This document shows, in pieces, positions 34,214 through 53,802 of a stretch of 64,000 nt of DNA (position 1 is the first letter of the stretch; every line of letters begins with the position of its first letter). The notes beneath the pieces were generated by a model that saw nothing but the letters and a program-made list of their open reading frames with translations, was not told where the DNA came from and searched no databases. The translations under genes and the position numbers were made by a program. Location: the NCBI RefSeq assembly GCF_058153355.1, contig NZ_CM177019.1; one strand, given 5' to 3'.

Positions 34214-34930
34214 TTAGAGATTTGCGACGTTATGATAAACTTTTTGAACATCGTCGTCATCTTCAAGGGCATCAACAAGCCCTTCAAAGATTTCTAAATC
34301 TTCTGGTGAAAGCTCAACTTCAGATTGAGCGATCATTTCTAATTCTGTTGTTGAGAACTCAGTGATTCCAGCTGCTTTTAGAGCCGCGATTCCTTTATGA
34401 AGGTCAGTTGGTTCAGTATAAATAACAATGTTACCTTCTTCTTCGGTCACATCACGAACATCAACTTCAGCTTCAAGTAAAATTTCAAAAATATGGTCAG
34501 GGTCTGTACCTTTAAATACAATCACACCCGTATTGTCAAACATATAGCTGACAGAACCTGCCGCTCCGATATTGCCGCCTTTTTTATTGAAAATTGTGCG
34601 AACGTTAGCAATCGTACGGTTAACATTTGAAGTCAAGGTTTCAGCGATAATCATTGAGCCATTAGGACCAAAGCCTTCATAACGGCCCTGCACGAACGTT
34701 TCATCTCCGCCGCCTTTGGCTTTATCAATTGCTTTATCAATAACATGCTTTGGAACTTGTGCCTGCTTTGCTCGTTCAATAACGAATTTTAAAGATGTGT
34801 TTAATTCTGGATCGGGTTCACCTTGTTTGGCAGCAGCATAGATTTCTACACCGAATTTTGCATAAATTTTAGACGTCGCACCGTCTTTAGCCGTTTTTTT
34901 AGCAACAATATTGGCCCATTTACGTCCCAC
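34214..34930 (-). CDS. yeeN: YebC/PmpR-family transcriptional regulator YeeN
   Basis: 238-aa product matching the YebC family; AT-rich gene; K-12 synteny. Confidence 0.85.
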
Positions 34931-35271
34931 TGGAATGATCTCCTCGAAAATTTATTTACATTACTGGTAAATCGTTAACATGCGTTAATTCGGCATATTA
35001 TATCATAACAGGAAAAATCTCGTCTATTAGAAATAAAAATATTCTAAATCCATAATCTTATATTTAATCTCATAAAAACTAATGTTGTTGGCGGATTTTT
35101 TTATAATTGTATTTTGAAAGCATACTTGCTTTTAATATATGGAAATCATTAAGGCTATAATAAAACTCGTATCCGCCCCAGGAAGCAAACAGCCTGCTTT
35201 ATTGCAGGCTATTTGCTGGATGACTTACTAAATCCTTCACATCTATTCCTGATAAAAAGGAACAGAACTTA

Positions 35272-36726
35272 TTACCGGAACGGCGGTTCATTAAAGGTTC
35301 GTAATTTACGTGAATGCAGTCGGTCGCCTTCTGCGCGCAGCAAATCGATCGCCCGAATGCCAATTTGCAGGTGTTCGGAAATAGCGCCTTCATAAAAACG
35401 GTTAGCCTGACCGGGAAGTTTAATCTCACCATGCAACGGTTTATCTGAAACACACAGTAGTGTCCCGTATGGCACGCGGAAACGATATCCTTGCGCGGCA
35501 ATGGTTGCACTTTCCATATCAATTGCTACGGCCCGGCTTAAGTTAAAACGAAGTGCAGAAGCTGAGTAACGTAATTCCCAGTTCCTGTCATCTGTGGTTA
35601 CCACAGTGCCAGTACGTAGCCGCTGTTTAACTTCCTCTCCGGGCCTGCCGCTGACTAACTTGGTAGCGTCATAAAGCGCACGTTGCACTTCAGCAATGCT
35701 CGGAATAGGAATATCGGGCGGCAGTACCGCATCAAGAACGTGGTCATCGCGTAAATAAGCGTGTGCAAGTACATAATCTCCAATGGCCTGGCTTTCACGT
35801 AAGCCACCACAGTGACCAATCATCAACCAGACATCCGGGCGCAGCACCGCCAGATGATCGCAGATGGTTTTAGCATTTGACGGTCCCACGCCAATATTCA
35901 CCAGAGTAATACCCTGACCATCGGCGGTAATTAAATGCCATGCTGGCATCTGGTGTTTTTTCCATGCAAGGTCGGAAATGGCTTCTTCTGGCGCTTCGGT
36001 TTCGGCGGTGATCCAGTTCCCGCCAGCACAAGAAAGGGCAATGTAGGGACTATCAGGGTCGAGGATCTGGCTGCATCCCCAACGAACGAATTCATCCACA
36101 TAACGTGTGTAGTTGGTAAACAAGACGAACGGCTGAAAATGTTCAACTGGCGTACCGGTATAATGGCGCAACCGCGCGAGGGAAAAATCGACGCGGCGCG
36201 CATCAAAATGCGATAGCGGGGAGAATTCCGTTGGATGATAAATGCCGTCTGCAGTTTCATCGCCAATTTGCGCCAGTTCTGTTGTCGGGAAGTAGCGAGT
36301 TAATCCAGCGCTCATTGAGCGATCAAGTGTCAATTCAGAGCCATCGATGACATAAGGATAAGGGATTTCATGCTGCGAGGGTTGCACCGAGATATGCGCA
36401 CCATAATCCTGATACAGCAACGTAAGTTGTTCATTCAGATACGAACGAAAGAGAGTAGGGCGAGTAATCGTGGTGGTGTAGCTGCCTGCGTGGGTAAAAC
36501 GACCAAATGCGCGCGTTTTGGGGGGATTTGTTGTGCTACCGTCCCAGGTTACGGTCAGTGATGGATAGACAAAAAGACCTTCTTTACGGGCATTTTCATC
36601 AGGTAATTCGCCACTTTTAATATAGTTGCCAATGGCATTGCGTAAAGCGACTACAGATTGCTCATACAGCGCGTCGAGTTTTTCCAGTGCCTGAGCTGGG
36701 GTCAGACCGGAGCCCTTATTATTCAT
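35272..36726 (-). CDS. amn: AMP nucleosidase
   Basis: 484 aa from the SD-supported ATG at 36726 (AGGAGA upstream); matches recalled Amn. Confidence 0.9.
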   Translation of the reverse strand: MNNKGSGLTPAQALEKLDALYEQSVVALRNAIGNYIKSGELPDENARKEGLFVYPSLTVTWDGSTTNPPKTRAFGRFTHAGSYTTTITRPTLFRSYLNEQLTLLYQDYGAHISVQPSQHEIPYPYVIDGSELTLDRSMSAGLTRYFPTTELAQIGDETADGIYHPTEFSPLSHFDARRVDFSLARLRHYTGTPVEHFQPFVLFTNYTRYVDEFVRWGCSQILDPDSPYIALSCAGGNWITAETEAPEEAISDLAWKKHQMPAWHLITADGQGITLVNIGVGPSNAKTICDHLAVLRPDVWLMIGHCGGLRESQAIGDYVLAHAYLRDDHVLDAVLPPDIPIPSIAEVQRALYDATKLVSGRPGEEVKQRLRTGTVVTTDDRNWELRYSASALRFNLSRAVAIDMESATIAAQGYRFRVPYGTLLCVSDKPLHGEIKLPGQANRFYEGAISEHLQIGIRAIDLLRAEGDRLHSRKLRTFNEPPFR

Positions 36727-36827
36727 GTGTGTCTCCTGTTCCATACAATTACCGCACTTCCGATAGTATGTCACAGGAATGTGAAACAAAAGTGTAAGGC
36801 GAAGATCGGATGATCTTCGCCAGGCTA

Positions 36828-38144
36828 TTAAGCGCGTTGATTGTCTTTCATCAACAAAGCGGTCATTGCGGAAATCAGGCATCCAGCCAGTAAATAAATG
36901 GCGACGCTATGCCAGTTCCCGGCAAAGTAAGTGATAAGTGCAGCGGCAATGAAAGGTGTAAATCCACCGCCAACCACACTGGCAACCTGATATCCGATTC
37001 CAGCACCACTGTAGCGATAACTGGCACCAAACATTTCGGTAAACATCGGTTGTTGCACGCACACCACCATGTCATGCGCAATGTTTGCCAGCATTATGGA
37101 GAAGAAAACTATCCAGAAAATGGATTGTGCTTCAAGCGCCATAAAGAAAGGAAATGCGCTCAACGTTCCGATTAACGCACCTGTGATATAAACTCTGCGG
37201 CGACCAAAACGATCGGCAAGCCAGGCAAAACAGGGAATTGTCAGACAGCTTAGTCCACCTACCAGCAAACCAATATTGAGGAAAAGTTCGCGCGGTAACC
37301 CCATATTCTGGGTTGAATAATTAAGTGCGAAGGCGGTAACGATGTACATCGTCAGCAACTCGCACAGTCGTAGCGCAATAATCTTCAGAAAAGCACCGGG
37401 ATGTCGTAACAGTGCTTCGATAACCGGGATGCGTTTTTGCGCTGCCGCTTGATTATGTTGCTGTTGTTCAAATTCCGCGGACTCCTCCATGCCATTACGC
37501 ACCCACAATGCCCCCAGTACCAGTACGATGCTAAACAGGAAAGGAATGCGCCAGCCCCAGCTTAAAAACTGTTCGTCAGTCGTCATCATACTGATCAATG
37601 AAACCAGTCCGGTCGAAAGCAGTAAACCTACTCCGTAGCCAACTTGTACACCGCTACTGTAAAAGGCTTTTTTATTTTTCGGTGCACTTTCAACGGAAAG
37701 TAACGCCGCGCCTCCCCATTCGCCGCCGACAGCAAATCCCTGAATGGCACGCAGCGTCACCAGTAAAATGGGGGCCCACCACCCAATAGTCGAGAATGAA
37801 GGAAGAATACCAATCAAGGCTGTCGCGATACCCATCATCCAGACGGTCAGCATTAACATGCGCTTACGTCCCAGTCGGTCGCCAAAGTGACCGAAAATGA
37901 CACCGCCGAGCGGACGGAACAGGAATCCGACACCAAAGGTGGCAAATGCGGCGAGCGTTCCCATAGCCGGGCTTACTTGCGGGAAAAACTCGCGATTAAA
38001 CACCAGTGCGGCGGTAATGCCATAGAGTAAAAAATCATACCAGTCGACGACGGCACCAGCGAAACTGCCTAACGCAGCTCGTCGGGCGCGACTTAACGAA
38101 AGCGTCCCTTCATCGGGACGAGTGGAGATGAGCGTGGAGTCCAT
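36828..38144 (-). CDS. shiA: shikimate transporter ShiA (MFS)
   Basis: 438-aa 12-TM MFS protein with GRLGRKR-type loop; synteny. Confidence 0.9.
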   Translation of the reverse strand: MDSTLISTRPDEGTLSLSRARRAALGSFAGAVVDWYDFLLYGITAALVFNREFFPQVSPAMGTLAAFATFGVGFLFRPLGGVIFGHFGDRLGRKRMLMLTVWMMGIATALIGILPSFSTIGWWAPILLVTLRAIQGFAVGGEWGGAALLSVESAPKNKKAFYSSGVQVGYGVGLLLSTGLVSLISMMTTDEQFLSWGWRIPFLFSIVLVLGALWVRNGMEESAEFEQQQHNQAAAQKRIPVIEALLRHPGAFLKIIALRLCELLTMYIVTAFALNYSTQNMGLPRELFLNIGLLVGGLSCLTIPCFAWLADRFGRRRVYITGALIGTLSAFPFFMALEAQSIFWIVFFSIMLANIAHDMVVCVQQPMFTEMFGASYRYSGAGIGYQVASVVGGGFTPFIAAALITYFAGNWHSVAIYLLAGCLISAMTALLMKDNQRA

Positions 38145-38449
38145 AATGATCCTGTTTGTACTGTCTTTTTATAATTAGTATGGAAAAGGTAACTCACATT
38201 GCCGTCGATCTATAAACGAACCTTATGAGACTACCGCGCCAGAGCGCTTCTGCAAATGATTTTATGGCTGATTAACGGCAACATGAAAAATTCGATGGAA
38301 GATGAAATCGCAGGAGTTGCATAAGGATTGAGCAGAGCACCTACAGTTTTGAGATATGAAACATAAAAGTCCGCATATGCACAAAATTGCACCCTGATGA
38401 TTCTGATAGACTGCATTGCATTATAACCAGTAGGGAGGCGAGGTTAGGT

Positions 38450-39520
38450 ATGTTTTTAGCATCATTGTTGAGACGTATTGCATTTAGTTACTACGATTAT
38501 AAAGCTAATAATTTCAATATTGAAAAAACAGAGTTTGTTGTCATCCATATTCCCGATCAGATTGGCGATGCTATGGCTATCTTTCCAGTGATTCGGGCGC
38601 TTGAATTGCATAAAATCAAGCATCTTTTAATAGTTACTTCGACAATTAATTTAGAAGTCTTTAATGCGCTCAAACTTGAACATACTAAATTAACATTAGT
38701 CACAATGACTATGCAGGATCACGCAACATTAAAAGAAATAAAAGATTTAGCGAAGAACATAACACAGCAATACGGTACGCCGGATCTTTGTATAGAGGCA
38801 ATGCGTAAAAAGAACCTGAAAACGATGTTATTTATCAGTCAGTTGAAAGCAAAAACAAATTTTCAGGTTGTTGGTTTAACCATGAAGTGCTACTCCCCTT
38901 TGTGTAAGAACGCCTCCCGGATGGATCAACATCTCCGGGCTCCCGTACCCATGACATGGGCGTTTATGATGCGTGAAGCGGGTTATCCGCCAGTCAGGCC
39001 AATATATGAATTACCATTAAGCGAGCAGGTAATAAATGAAGTACGTGAGGAATTGTGCACTTTAGGATCTTACATTGCGCTTAATTTAGATGGCAGCGTG
39101 CAGGAACGCACATTTTCGTTATCAGTAGCTGAGAAACTCATCGCCAAAATTCAAAGTGATAATGATATGCCAATAGTCATTGTTCATGGACCAAAAGGGG
39201 AAGATAAAGCCCGGAAATTAGCGGGTTGTTATAATAATGTCTACCGGCTATCCTTATCACCCTCGATTAAACGTTCAGCAGCAATCATAAAAGATGCTTA
39301 TATCGCAATAACCCCTGATACCTCAATATTACATATGGCAAGTGCCTATAATACCCCCGTCGTTGCAATTTATGCTGATTACAAAACGCGGTGGCCTGCG
39401 ATGGCAGATATCTCGGAGTCAGTGGTCGTTGGGCAAAAAATTGATCATATAAGTTTGGATGAATTCGGAAAGGCGCTAAAAAGTGCTTTGGAGAGAGTAT
39501 GTGTCAGTACTTACGTATAG
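38450..39520 (+). CDS. yeeL: GT9-family heptosyltransferase-like protein YeeL (intact)
   Basis: GGGAGGCGAGG SD before the ATG at 38450; AT-rich; family assigned from recall and position next to yeeJ. Confidence 0.65.
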   Translation: MFLASLLRRIAFSYYDYKANNFNIEKTEFVVIHIPDQIGDAMAIFPVIRALELHKIKHLLIVTSTINLEVFNALKLEHTKLTLVTMTMQDHATLKEIKDLAKNITQQYGTPDLCIEAMRKKNLKTMLFISQLKAKTNFQVVGLTMKCYSPLCKNASRMDQHLRAPVPMTWAFMMREAGYPPVRPIYELPLSEQVINEVREELCTLGSYIALNLDGSVQERTFSLSVAEKLIAKIQSDNDMPIVIVHGPKGEDKARKLAGCYNNVYRLSLSPSIKRSAAIIKDAYIAITPDTSILHMASAYNTPVVAIYADYKTRWPAMADISESVVVGQKIDHISLDEFGKALKSALERVCVSTYV

Positions 39521-39899
39521 AAGGTAATGCCGATCTATGCTGAACAGGGGACATTAATACCCTGAGGTTGGTCAATCACCACAAAAAAAGCCTTTGAATC
39601 AAAGCAATACTCACCGAATAATAAGGCAACCTGAACTTAAATCCCCGTTAACTGCCATACATTATTATGACTTGCACTGATGTAATTAGCTAAATATTAT
39701 CGTGATTTGACTAAATAGCAAAAATGATAGCTATCAAAAATAGCTCATATACTTTGTTTCCCGCTGCCGTAGAATAGATGGTCCTTCCATGTTTCAAGCA
39801 TTTATTCAAAAAAAAGGGGGCTCGACTGTCTTACGATAAACAGAGAGGGATTGTAAAGTCGAGTGCCCCTAATGGAGCACTCTATAAAAAAATCAACAA

Positions 39900-47888
<7,989 letters not shown>

Positions 47889-48200
47889 GCTTACCTTCCC
47901 TGAACGAGCTAACATAAATGCGCCCTTTCTAGCACAGCGAAAAAATATAAATCCTGATAGCAATATGATTGAAAATTAATAACTTTTCGTTAAGCAGTTT
48001 TGGGTGTGAGTTGCAAGAGGGGAGACTACTGAATAACTCAAGTTTTATAATCGAGGGGAAAATGGTGATGGTGTCCATAGCAAAACGCCCTCAACCATAA
48101 AGATCGAGGGCGCTTAAGATGTCAAAAACCCGCTATCCGTTAAAAAGCAATGCTCAACTAAGGTCAGTGACATTGCGCTAAAAAGCGAATTTTTAGAATT

Positions 48201-48216
48201 TGGCTCCTCTGACTGG
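48201..48216 (-). other. 16-nt remnant of the tRNA-Asn 3' end (asnT position): direct repeat marking an island junction
   Basis: TGGCTCCTCTGACTGG is identical to the 3' end of the three intact tRNA-Asn genes, then diverges; it lies 312 bp upstream of yeeJ, where asnT sits in K-12. Confidence 0.8.
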
Positions 48217-48367
48217 GATCGCCGTAGCCATTAACTGGCTGATTGGTAAGCTAAACCTAAAAGTTGGGGTTGTCAAGACCACCAGAATGACCACCTCTTT
48301 ACTTTGAAACTAACGACATATTTTACGCTCATCCCTCAGTCAATCGTAAGCTAATAAACAACACCAA

Positions 48368-50122
48368 CTACGGTGCTGGTATTATAGTCTCTGCTCCAAA
48401 CCAATTTCCAAGTGTTGTCAGTGCCGCAGGTGACAAAGCTTGGGTGAAAAGGATCGCAAGGCGCTTTTGGGGTCTGGAACAAGCGACGTAAAACAAATTT
48501 CGGTTTCGTTCAAATGAGTCTTGCTTATCGACTGGAATCGTTTGGGCTCCAGCGAATTCCAACATTTCTCCGAAGTTATACTGGTTCCACCCACGCCCAA
48601 CAACAACCAGGACATTCTCAAATTCAGCACCTTTCACACCATGTTTAGTTTCGAATGGAGAATATCCATCAAGATAACGGCGAAGTGATCTGACCTCCGA
48701 ATAGGGAATATTTTTCAGCTTTTCAAGTTCTTTTAATCTTCGGGGCATTTCAACATCAGCCGTTCTGTCAAAATGGAGTAACTCCTGCTCAAATTATTCA
48801 ACCTTATCTGGAAGTCTTGGCTTCCGTTGAGCACGGATGAACTCAATTACGTCGCCAATTGTACCAGTTTCGCGGAGAGCAAGAAGTTGCGTCATTACAT
48901 TGTGCCAACTCACCTTATCTGAATGTCTACGCAACAGTGGTGTAATACCGCCAAGCGCATTAAACATCTCTCCATACTTACGAGCGGTAAAGGCATCACA
49001 GGCGGGTTCCAGTTTGTCTACAAAAAAGGCTATATGTTCATGTTCCTTTTTCGTGAAGGATTCATTGTATTTAAACGCTGCCACTATATTTGAATAGCCC
49101 TGCTGATTGGCTAAAAGTCGATGGGTCAACATGAGAATTTTGGTGTGATTGGGAGAAAAGTCCCAACCATCCTGCTCCAACGTTGTTTTAACTCGTTCCA
49201 GAGTAGCCTGGCCTTCACATAATGGTAAATCACCACTCCAGTGCACGCCTTTTTGACGAACTCCTTGCCAATTGTTTGTATGGAAAACGCGTACTAAACC
49301 TGTAGCTTCGGGATCTTTAACACACTGCGGTAGCTCAGGTCTCATACGATTAAGGGCATCAACAATTATCTTGTCCGAACGAAAATTGGCTTCTTTACCT
49401 ATTTCAACCACGTCCTGATGTTCCAGCTTTCCACATCCACCACCATAGATTTTTTGCCAATGGTCGCCGAAAAAACCAAATAAAGGTGCTCTAGCTTGTC
49501 CAAGAAAATGCCGTTTAATTGCCTCAATCCAGTTTTTATCAGTGTCCTGGTACTCATCGACCAGAATGATTGGAAAGCGTTCTGCAATCACTCTACGGAA
49601 TTTTTCGTGCTCCATGAGTGAGACAGTTAAAGAAAGAACATCGTCATGATGAAGAGTTATACGATGGTCGCGAATAGAGCGATGTCCAAGATTATACTCA
49701 ACACTACGATTCCCAAGGCTTCCACCAACTTCTTCGAGCTTTTCTGTCCATGTTGGCATTGTCTCAATCAGTTCTCTCAACGGTTTTTGAAAGCTGCTTA
49801 TTAACGACCAACAGAACGCATGATTGGTATCACAAAAAACGATGGGGCTTCGATCTGTTCGCGCGACGATTTCATCCTTCGCCACGTTAGTAAAGGTGAT
49901 GCAGGCAATTTGCTGGCTACGTTTTTCAAATAAATCCTTATTTCGCTCAATCAAGAATCGAAGTGCCTTAATAAGGGAATACGTTTTACCCGCACCAGCG
50001 CCAGCTTCCAGCCGGAAGCTTCGTCCTTCACTGAGGCAAGCATACATAGATTCCAAAGCTCGCTGGCTAGCAGCTTCGGCGGGCGAATGGATCTCAGACA
50101 TCAGCGCTGGCTCCTTCTTCAA
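48368..50122 (-). pseudogene. UvrD/PcrA-like SF1 helicase (GajB-like), interrupted by one in-frame TAA
   Basis: Motif I AGAGAGKT and motif II ILVDEYQDTD in the 442-aa ORF; after the TAA at 48794..48796 the same frame continues into the C-terminal helicase domain (YVACSRPQKRLAIL). Confidence 0.7.
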
Positions 50123-52166
50123 TACTAGTTGTGGCTTCTACAACTTGCGCCAATACTGGATCTTGTGTCATAAGCTCATTGCTGCCAGCTAACCAGCGGA
50201 TTCCATCGACTATGTATTTGGGGGCGTTCCATTCTGTCTCTGTAATCGCGTATTTCAATGCAAATTCTGATTTTTTCCACTCAGACGCTTTATCACGGGC
50301 TTCTATTTCCAGTTCCTGAGAATTTCTCCCTACCAGCCCGAATAAAGCCGAATTTGCAAGGATAAATGCATCTTCGAATGTGCGTCCGCAGGGGCCATCT
50401 GTCACTTCTGCACATTGATAGGCAATACGATTTCCATTACGAGCTTTATCATCGTCACTCCTGGCAATCAAACCAGCTAATGTGAAAGGGGTATCTTCAG
50501 AGAACCATGCTTTCAAACAAGCATTACTGGAATATGTACCAAGATGAACAGCACATGCCTGACCTCCTGCTCTTTGGACTGCGTCCAGATCTGTTATGAT
50601 CAGACTCTGAAGCTCAAGAAACGCTAATAACTCGAAGAACAAATGAGCGTAAGCACCGCCGACTTCCATCACCGTTGCGTACTGGCTCGACAGCTTCGGT
50701 CTCTCTGGTTCGGCTGATTCTAGTTTTTTGATGATGACGGGAAGCAATAATCGCTCGCTTAACCCCTCGACGAGAATCGCTTTATCTGCGAAAAACAGAT
50801 CACAACGTGTCAACGTCATGTATTGATGAAGGAATTTTTTATCTTCAATTAGAATATGATTCAGCCCTTTACGCAGATCTTTAATTTTGGTTTTTCGGAC
50901 ACCTTCCTGAGTCCCCTGTGCTGGAGCCCCCAGAAAATAGCGAATACTCTCGAAACCAGCCGCATTGGCAATGTGAGACGAGTGTGTAGACACGACAAAT
51001 TGTACAGGCCAGGGTCTCCTGTCCTCAGTGCCATCCACCAGTTGTTGTGCAATTTTGGCAAGTTGACGAATAAAAACCTCCTGCATTTGTGGATGCAGAT
51101 GGGCTTCTGGTTCTTCAATGAATATCAGGTGTACACCCGGCTCAGTAACTTCAGCACAAAATGCTTTATAGAAACCAGCTAATTGCAAGAGAATAAATAT
51201 CAGATTACGTGTACCAAGACCGTTATATGACTCCGGTAATGCGATTCCGCTATAACCTGAATAGCGAACTTTCGTGAAGTTTGATAGCAACTTGCTAACA
51301 TCGAGCAATGTTTCAGTATGTAACTCCTGTCCTCCCAATCCTGGGTATCCAAAAGTTTCTAGAGCCGGAATCAGACTGTTGAGCTGGTTTCCGAAGTTTG
51401 TGTCAATTTGAGTCTGAATGTCCTGAACTGCACCTTTCAATGCATCAGCAATTTGTTTATCAGCAGCTCCCGCAGATGCCGAAGAGGCTGTTGCGAAAAG
51501 ATTTTCAACCGTTTTAGCCAGTACATCGGATTCTCGGGACGTCACATCATCAAGTCCTCGCTGAGCGTTGATAAAGCCCGATTTGACCAGACCGCGCAAT
51601 GCACTAGGTGGTAACTCGCGACGATTATCAGGATCGTTGGGATCTTCAGCCCATATTTTCACACAGAAATTATTAGGGATACGTTCTCGCAATATACGGA
51701 GGAAAGCGAGGCGGTCTTCTCTAGAAAGTGGCATTTCAGTCTGACTTTCGAGAAATTGTGTCAGATGGCCATCTTTCAATTCGTATCGGACTACTACCTG
51801 CGCTTCAGAACACGCGGGATCCAAATCGATAACAAAGGGACTCAATGGACCTAATTGAGGTTGTGCAGGGTCGTACTGGAATTTCAGTCGAAGTTCAATG
51901 GCGGGAATAAGTTCTCGAACGAGATGATCTTCCATGCCTTCCTTAAGTGCTTCCAGAACATCACAAAAACGGTCGTAGCAGGAACTGGAAAAGTCTTCAA
52001 GTTGGAAAGTAGCACTACCATCTGCTAAGAATCTGCGTATTATTTCTGAGAGTGATGTTTTTCCGCTGTTGTTTCGTCCAACAATGACGGTCGTCTGTTC
52101 CTCCAATACAAGCTCTGCATCAGCTAAAAGACGGAAGTTTTTAATTTCGACCTGATGAATGTGCAT
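50094..52166 (-). CDS. OLD-family ATP-dependent endonuclease (ABC-type ATPase + Toprim; GajA-like)
   Basis: Walker A GRNNSGKT, Walker B/D-loop LIFIEEPEAHLHP, Toprim motifs ILVEGLSE and ITDLD; its end overlaps the helicase start by 29 bp. Confidence 0.8.
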   Translation of the reverse strand: MHIHQVEIKNFRLLADAELVLEEQTTVIVGRNNSGKTSLSEIIRRFLADGSATFQLEDFSSSCYDRFCDVLEALKEGMEDHLVRELIPAIELRLKFQYDPAQPQLGPLSPFVIDLDPACSEAQVVVRYELKDGHLTQFLESQTEMPLSREDRLAFLRILRERIPNNFCVKIWAEDPNDPDNRRELPPSALRGLVKSGFINAQRGLDDVTSRESDVLAKTVENLFATASSASAGAADKQIADALKGAVQDIQTQIDTNFGNQLNSLIPALETFGYPGLGGQELHTETLLDVSKLLSNFTKVRYSGYSGIALPESYNGLGTRNLIFILLQLAGFYKAFCAEVTEPGVHLIFIEEPEAHLHPQMQEVFIRQLAKIAQQLVDGTEDRRPWPVQFVVSTHSSHIANAAGFESIRYFLGAPAQGTQEGVRKTKIKDLRKGLNHILIEDKKFLHQYMTLTRCDLFFADKAILVEGLSERLLLPVIIKKLESAEPERPKLSSQYATVMEVGGAYAHLFFELLAFLELQSLIITDLDAVQRAGGQACAVHLGTYSSNACLKAWFSEDTPFTLAGLIARSDDDKARNGNRIAYQCAEVTDGPCGRTFEDAFILANSALFGLVGRNSQELEIEARDKASEWKKSEFALKYAITETEWNAPKYIVDGIRWLAGSNELMTQDPVLAQVVEATTSIEEGASADV

Positions 52167-52303
52167 ATGTCCCTCATGATCTATTTATAGTCTATCGATA
52201 AATCTGATGTTATTGCTCTACCTGTAATTTTCATTCTTACGATTGTTTTGCAATGCAAAATATACCTCAGGCCATATTTATTCCTGAGGTATGTTTTGGT
52301 ATC

Positions 52304-53802
52304 TCACTCGGTCAAAGAGGCCTCACGAACATCATCCGGTTGAGGTTGGCACTCTTTCCATCGTCGAATAAGCGTTGCTACACAGGGATTACCCGCCAGT
52401 TGATTCATTCTGACCCAGTCAACATCCACTAATCCAGCCAGAAGTTCAGGATTTAGTTCCCCTTGTAATGGGTGCCACTGGCGAATACTGGGCTGGCGCT
52501 GAATTTGAGGTTGAAGGGGAGCCAAACTCCCGACGATAACGTAATTTTGTTCTGGATCATGCCAGAGTCGTGTAATGCCAGGTATGTTTTTCAACCAGTT
52601 TCGAGGATCACCTAAAGGTAAATCAAAAACACGAGAGAGTAATTTATTCCATGACGCTATTAATGACGAACTGGCTTTCTTTGCCAATTTTTTCTCACCT
52701 GCCAGGAGTGCATTTTTTCTTTCTGGCCATTTGGAAAAAATATAACTTTTTAAAATATCGTAGGTAACATTAAGTTCATTATTGTAATAATACTCACGCA
52801 AAGCACAATTCCACAACTCGCACAGCAAGTCTAGTTCACGCATGAGTGTATTTTTATTGGTATCTGATAATTCACCTTCCTCATTAAGTTGCGCTATATA
52901 AAAAGACAGTATCTTTGTATCTGGTAAGAGCCAGTGGTTTAGTGAGAACTGCTGACTTTGAGTATCAAGAACAGTCATTAATGCATCTAAATTCTCAGGG
53001 ATCATATTAGGGGTGTCGTATTTCGGATCCTGAAGAAGAATGGATATTTCTTCCATTCTATGAATAATTATTGTCAATCTCTGAGCAAATCTGGTTAATT
53101 TATCTTCACTGCTGCCAAAACCTTGCGCTATTGATTCAGGCCGATAAGTATAAGGCCATTTTTTATTTAAGAGAGTAAGAAGAGCCTCGACAGAGGTATC
53201 AAACAGTTTCAGCCTTTCATCGCAGGCTTTAACTAAATCCGGGCAAGAAGGATTAAAAGGTAAAATTACTGGGCGGTCTTGTTCAGCGGTGAATAAATAT
53301 CCTTCGGTGATAACCAATAGGTCATGAGTCAGTAAGTCTTTCTGTTCTGTCAGGCTTGTACTGATTCTTGTTTCTTTGCAAAGTAAAAGATGCTTCAACG
53401 CAAGTTCTTTGTACGCAACTTCGGTATTACGCGCCAATGCATCAAGACAGGTCTTTTTCTCAAGATCTTGAATGGCATAGTCGTAATAGCAAGAATCTAT
53501 CGCAGGGATGAGTCGGGTAGTCCCATCGGGAGTATCCTGCTCAATCAATAAATTATCAACAACAGAATCACCACTAAGATCAAACGGATTAACGTTGATA
53601 TGCTGGCACGCAATTTTAGTTCTTAGATTCTGAGTTAACGGATAGCGGTCATCAATTATACCACGGATCTGATCTAACAAAACAAGTATGCATATAGAGC
53701 TGTCTTTTTCCAATTTTTCAAATGATGAGGGTTCTGAATCCGGTAATAATTCCAGCTGTACATCAGGATACTTTTTGTTCAACACCTTTTGTATCTGCGC
53801 AC
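52304..53802 (-). pseudogene. large hypothetical protein gene, 5'-truncated at the junction with the IS66 remnant
   Basis: About 500 codons of unique sequence; the N-terminal 66 codons of the track ORF are antisense IS66 sequence, and no native start codon is retained. Confidence 0.5.
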
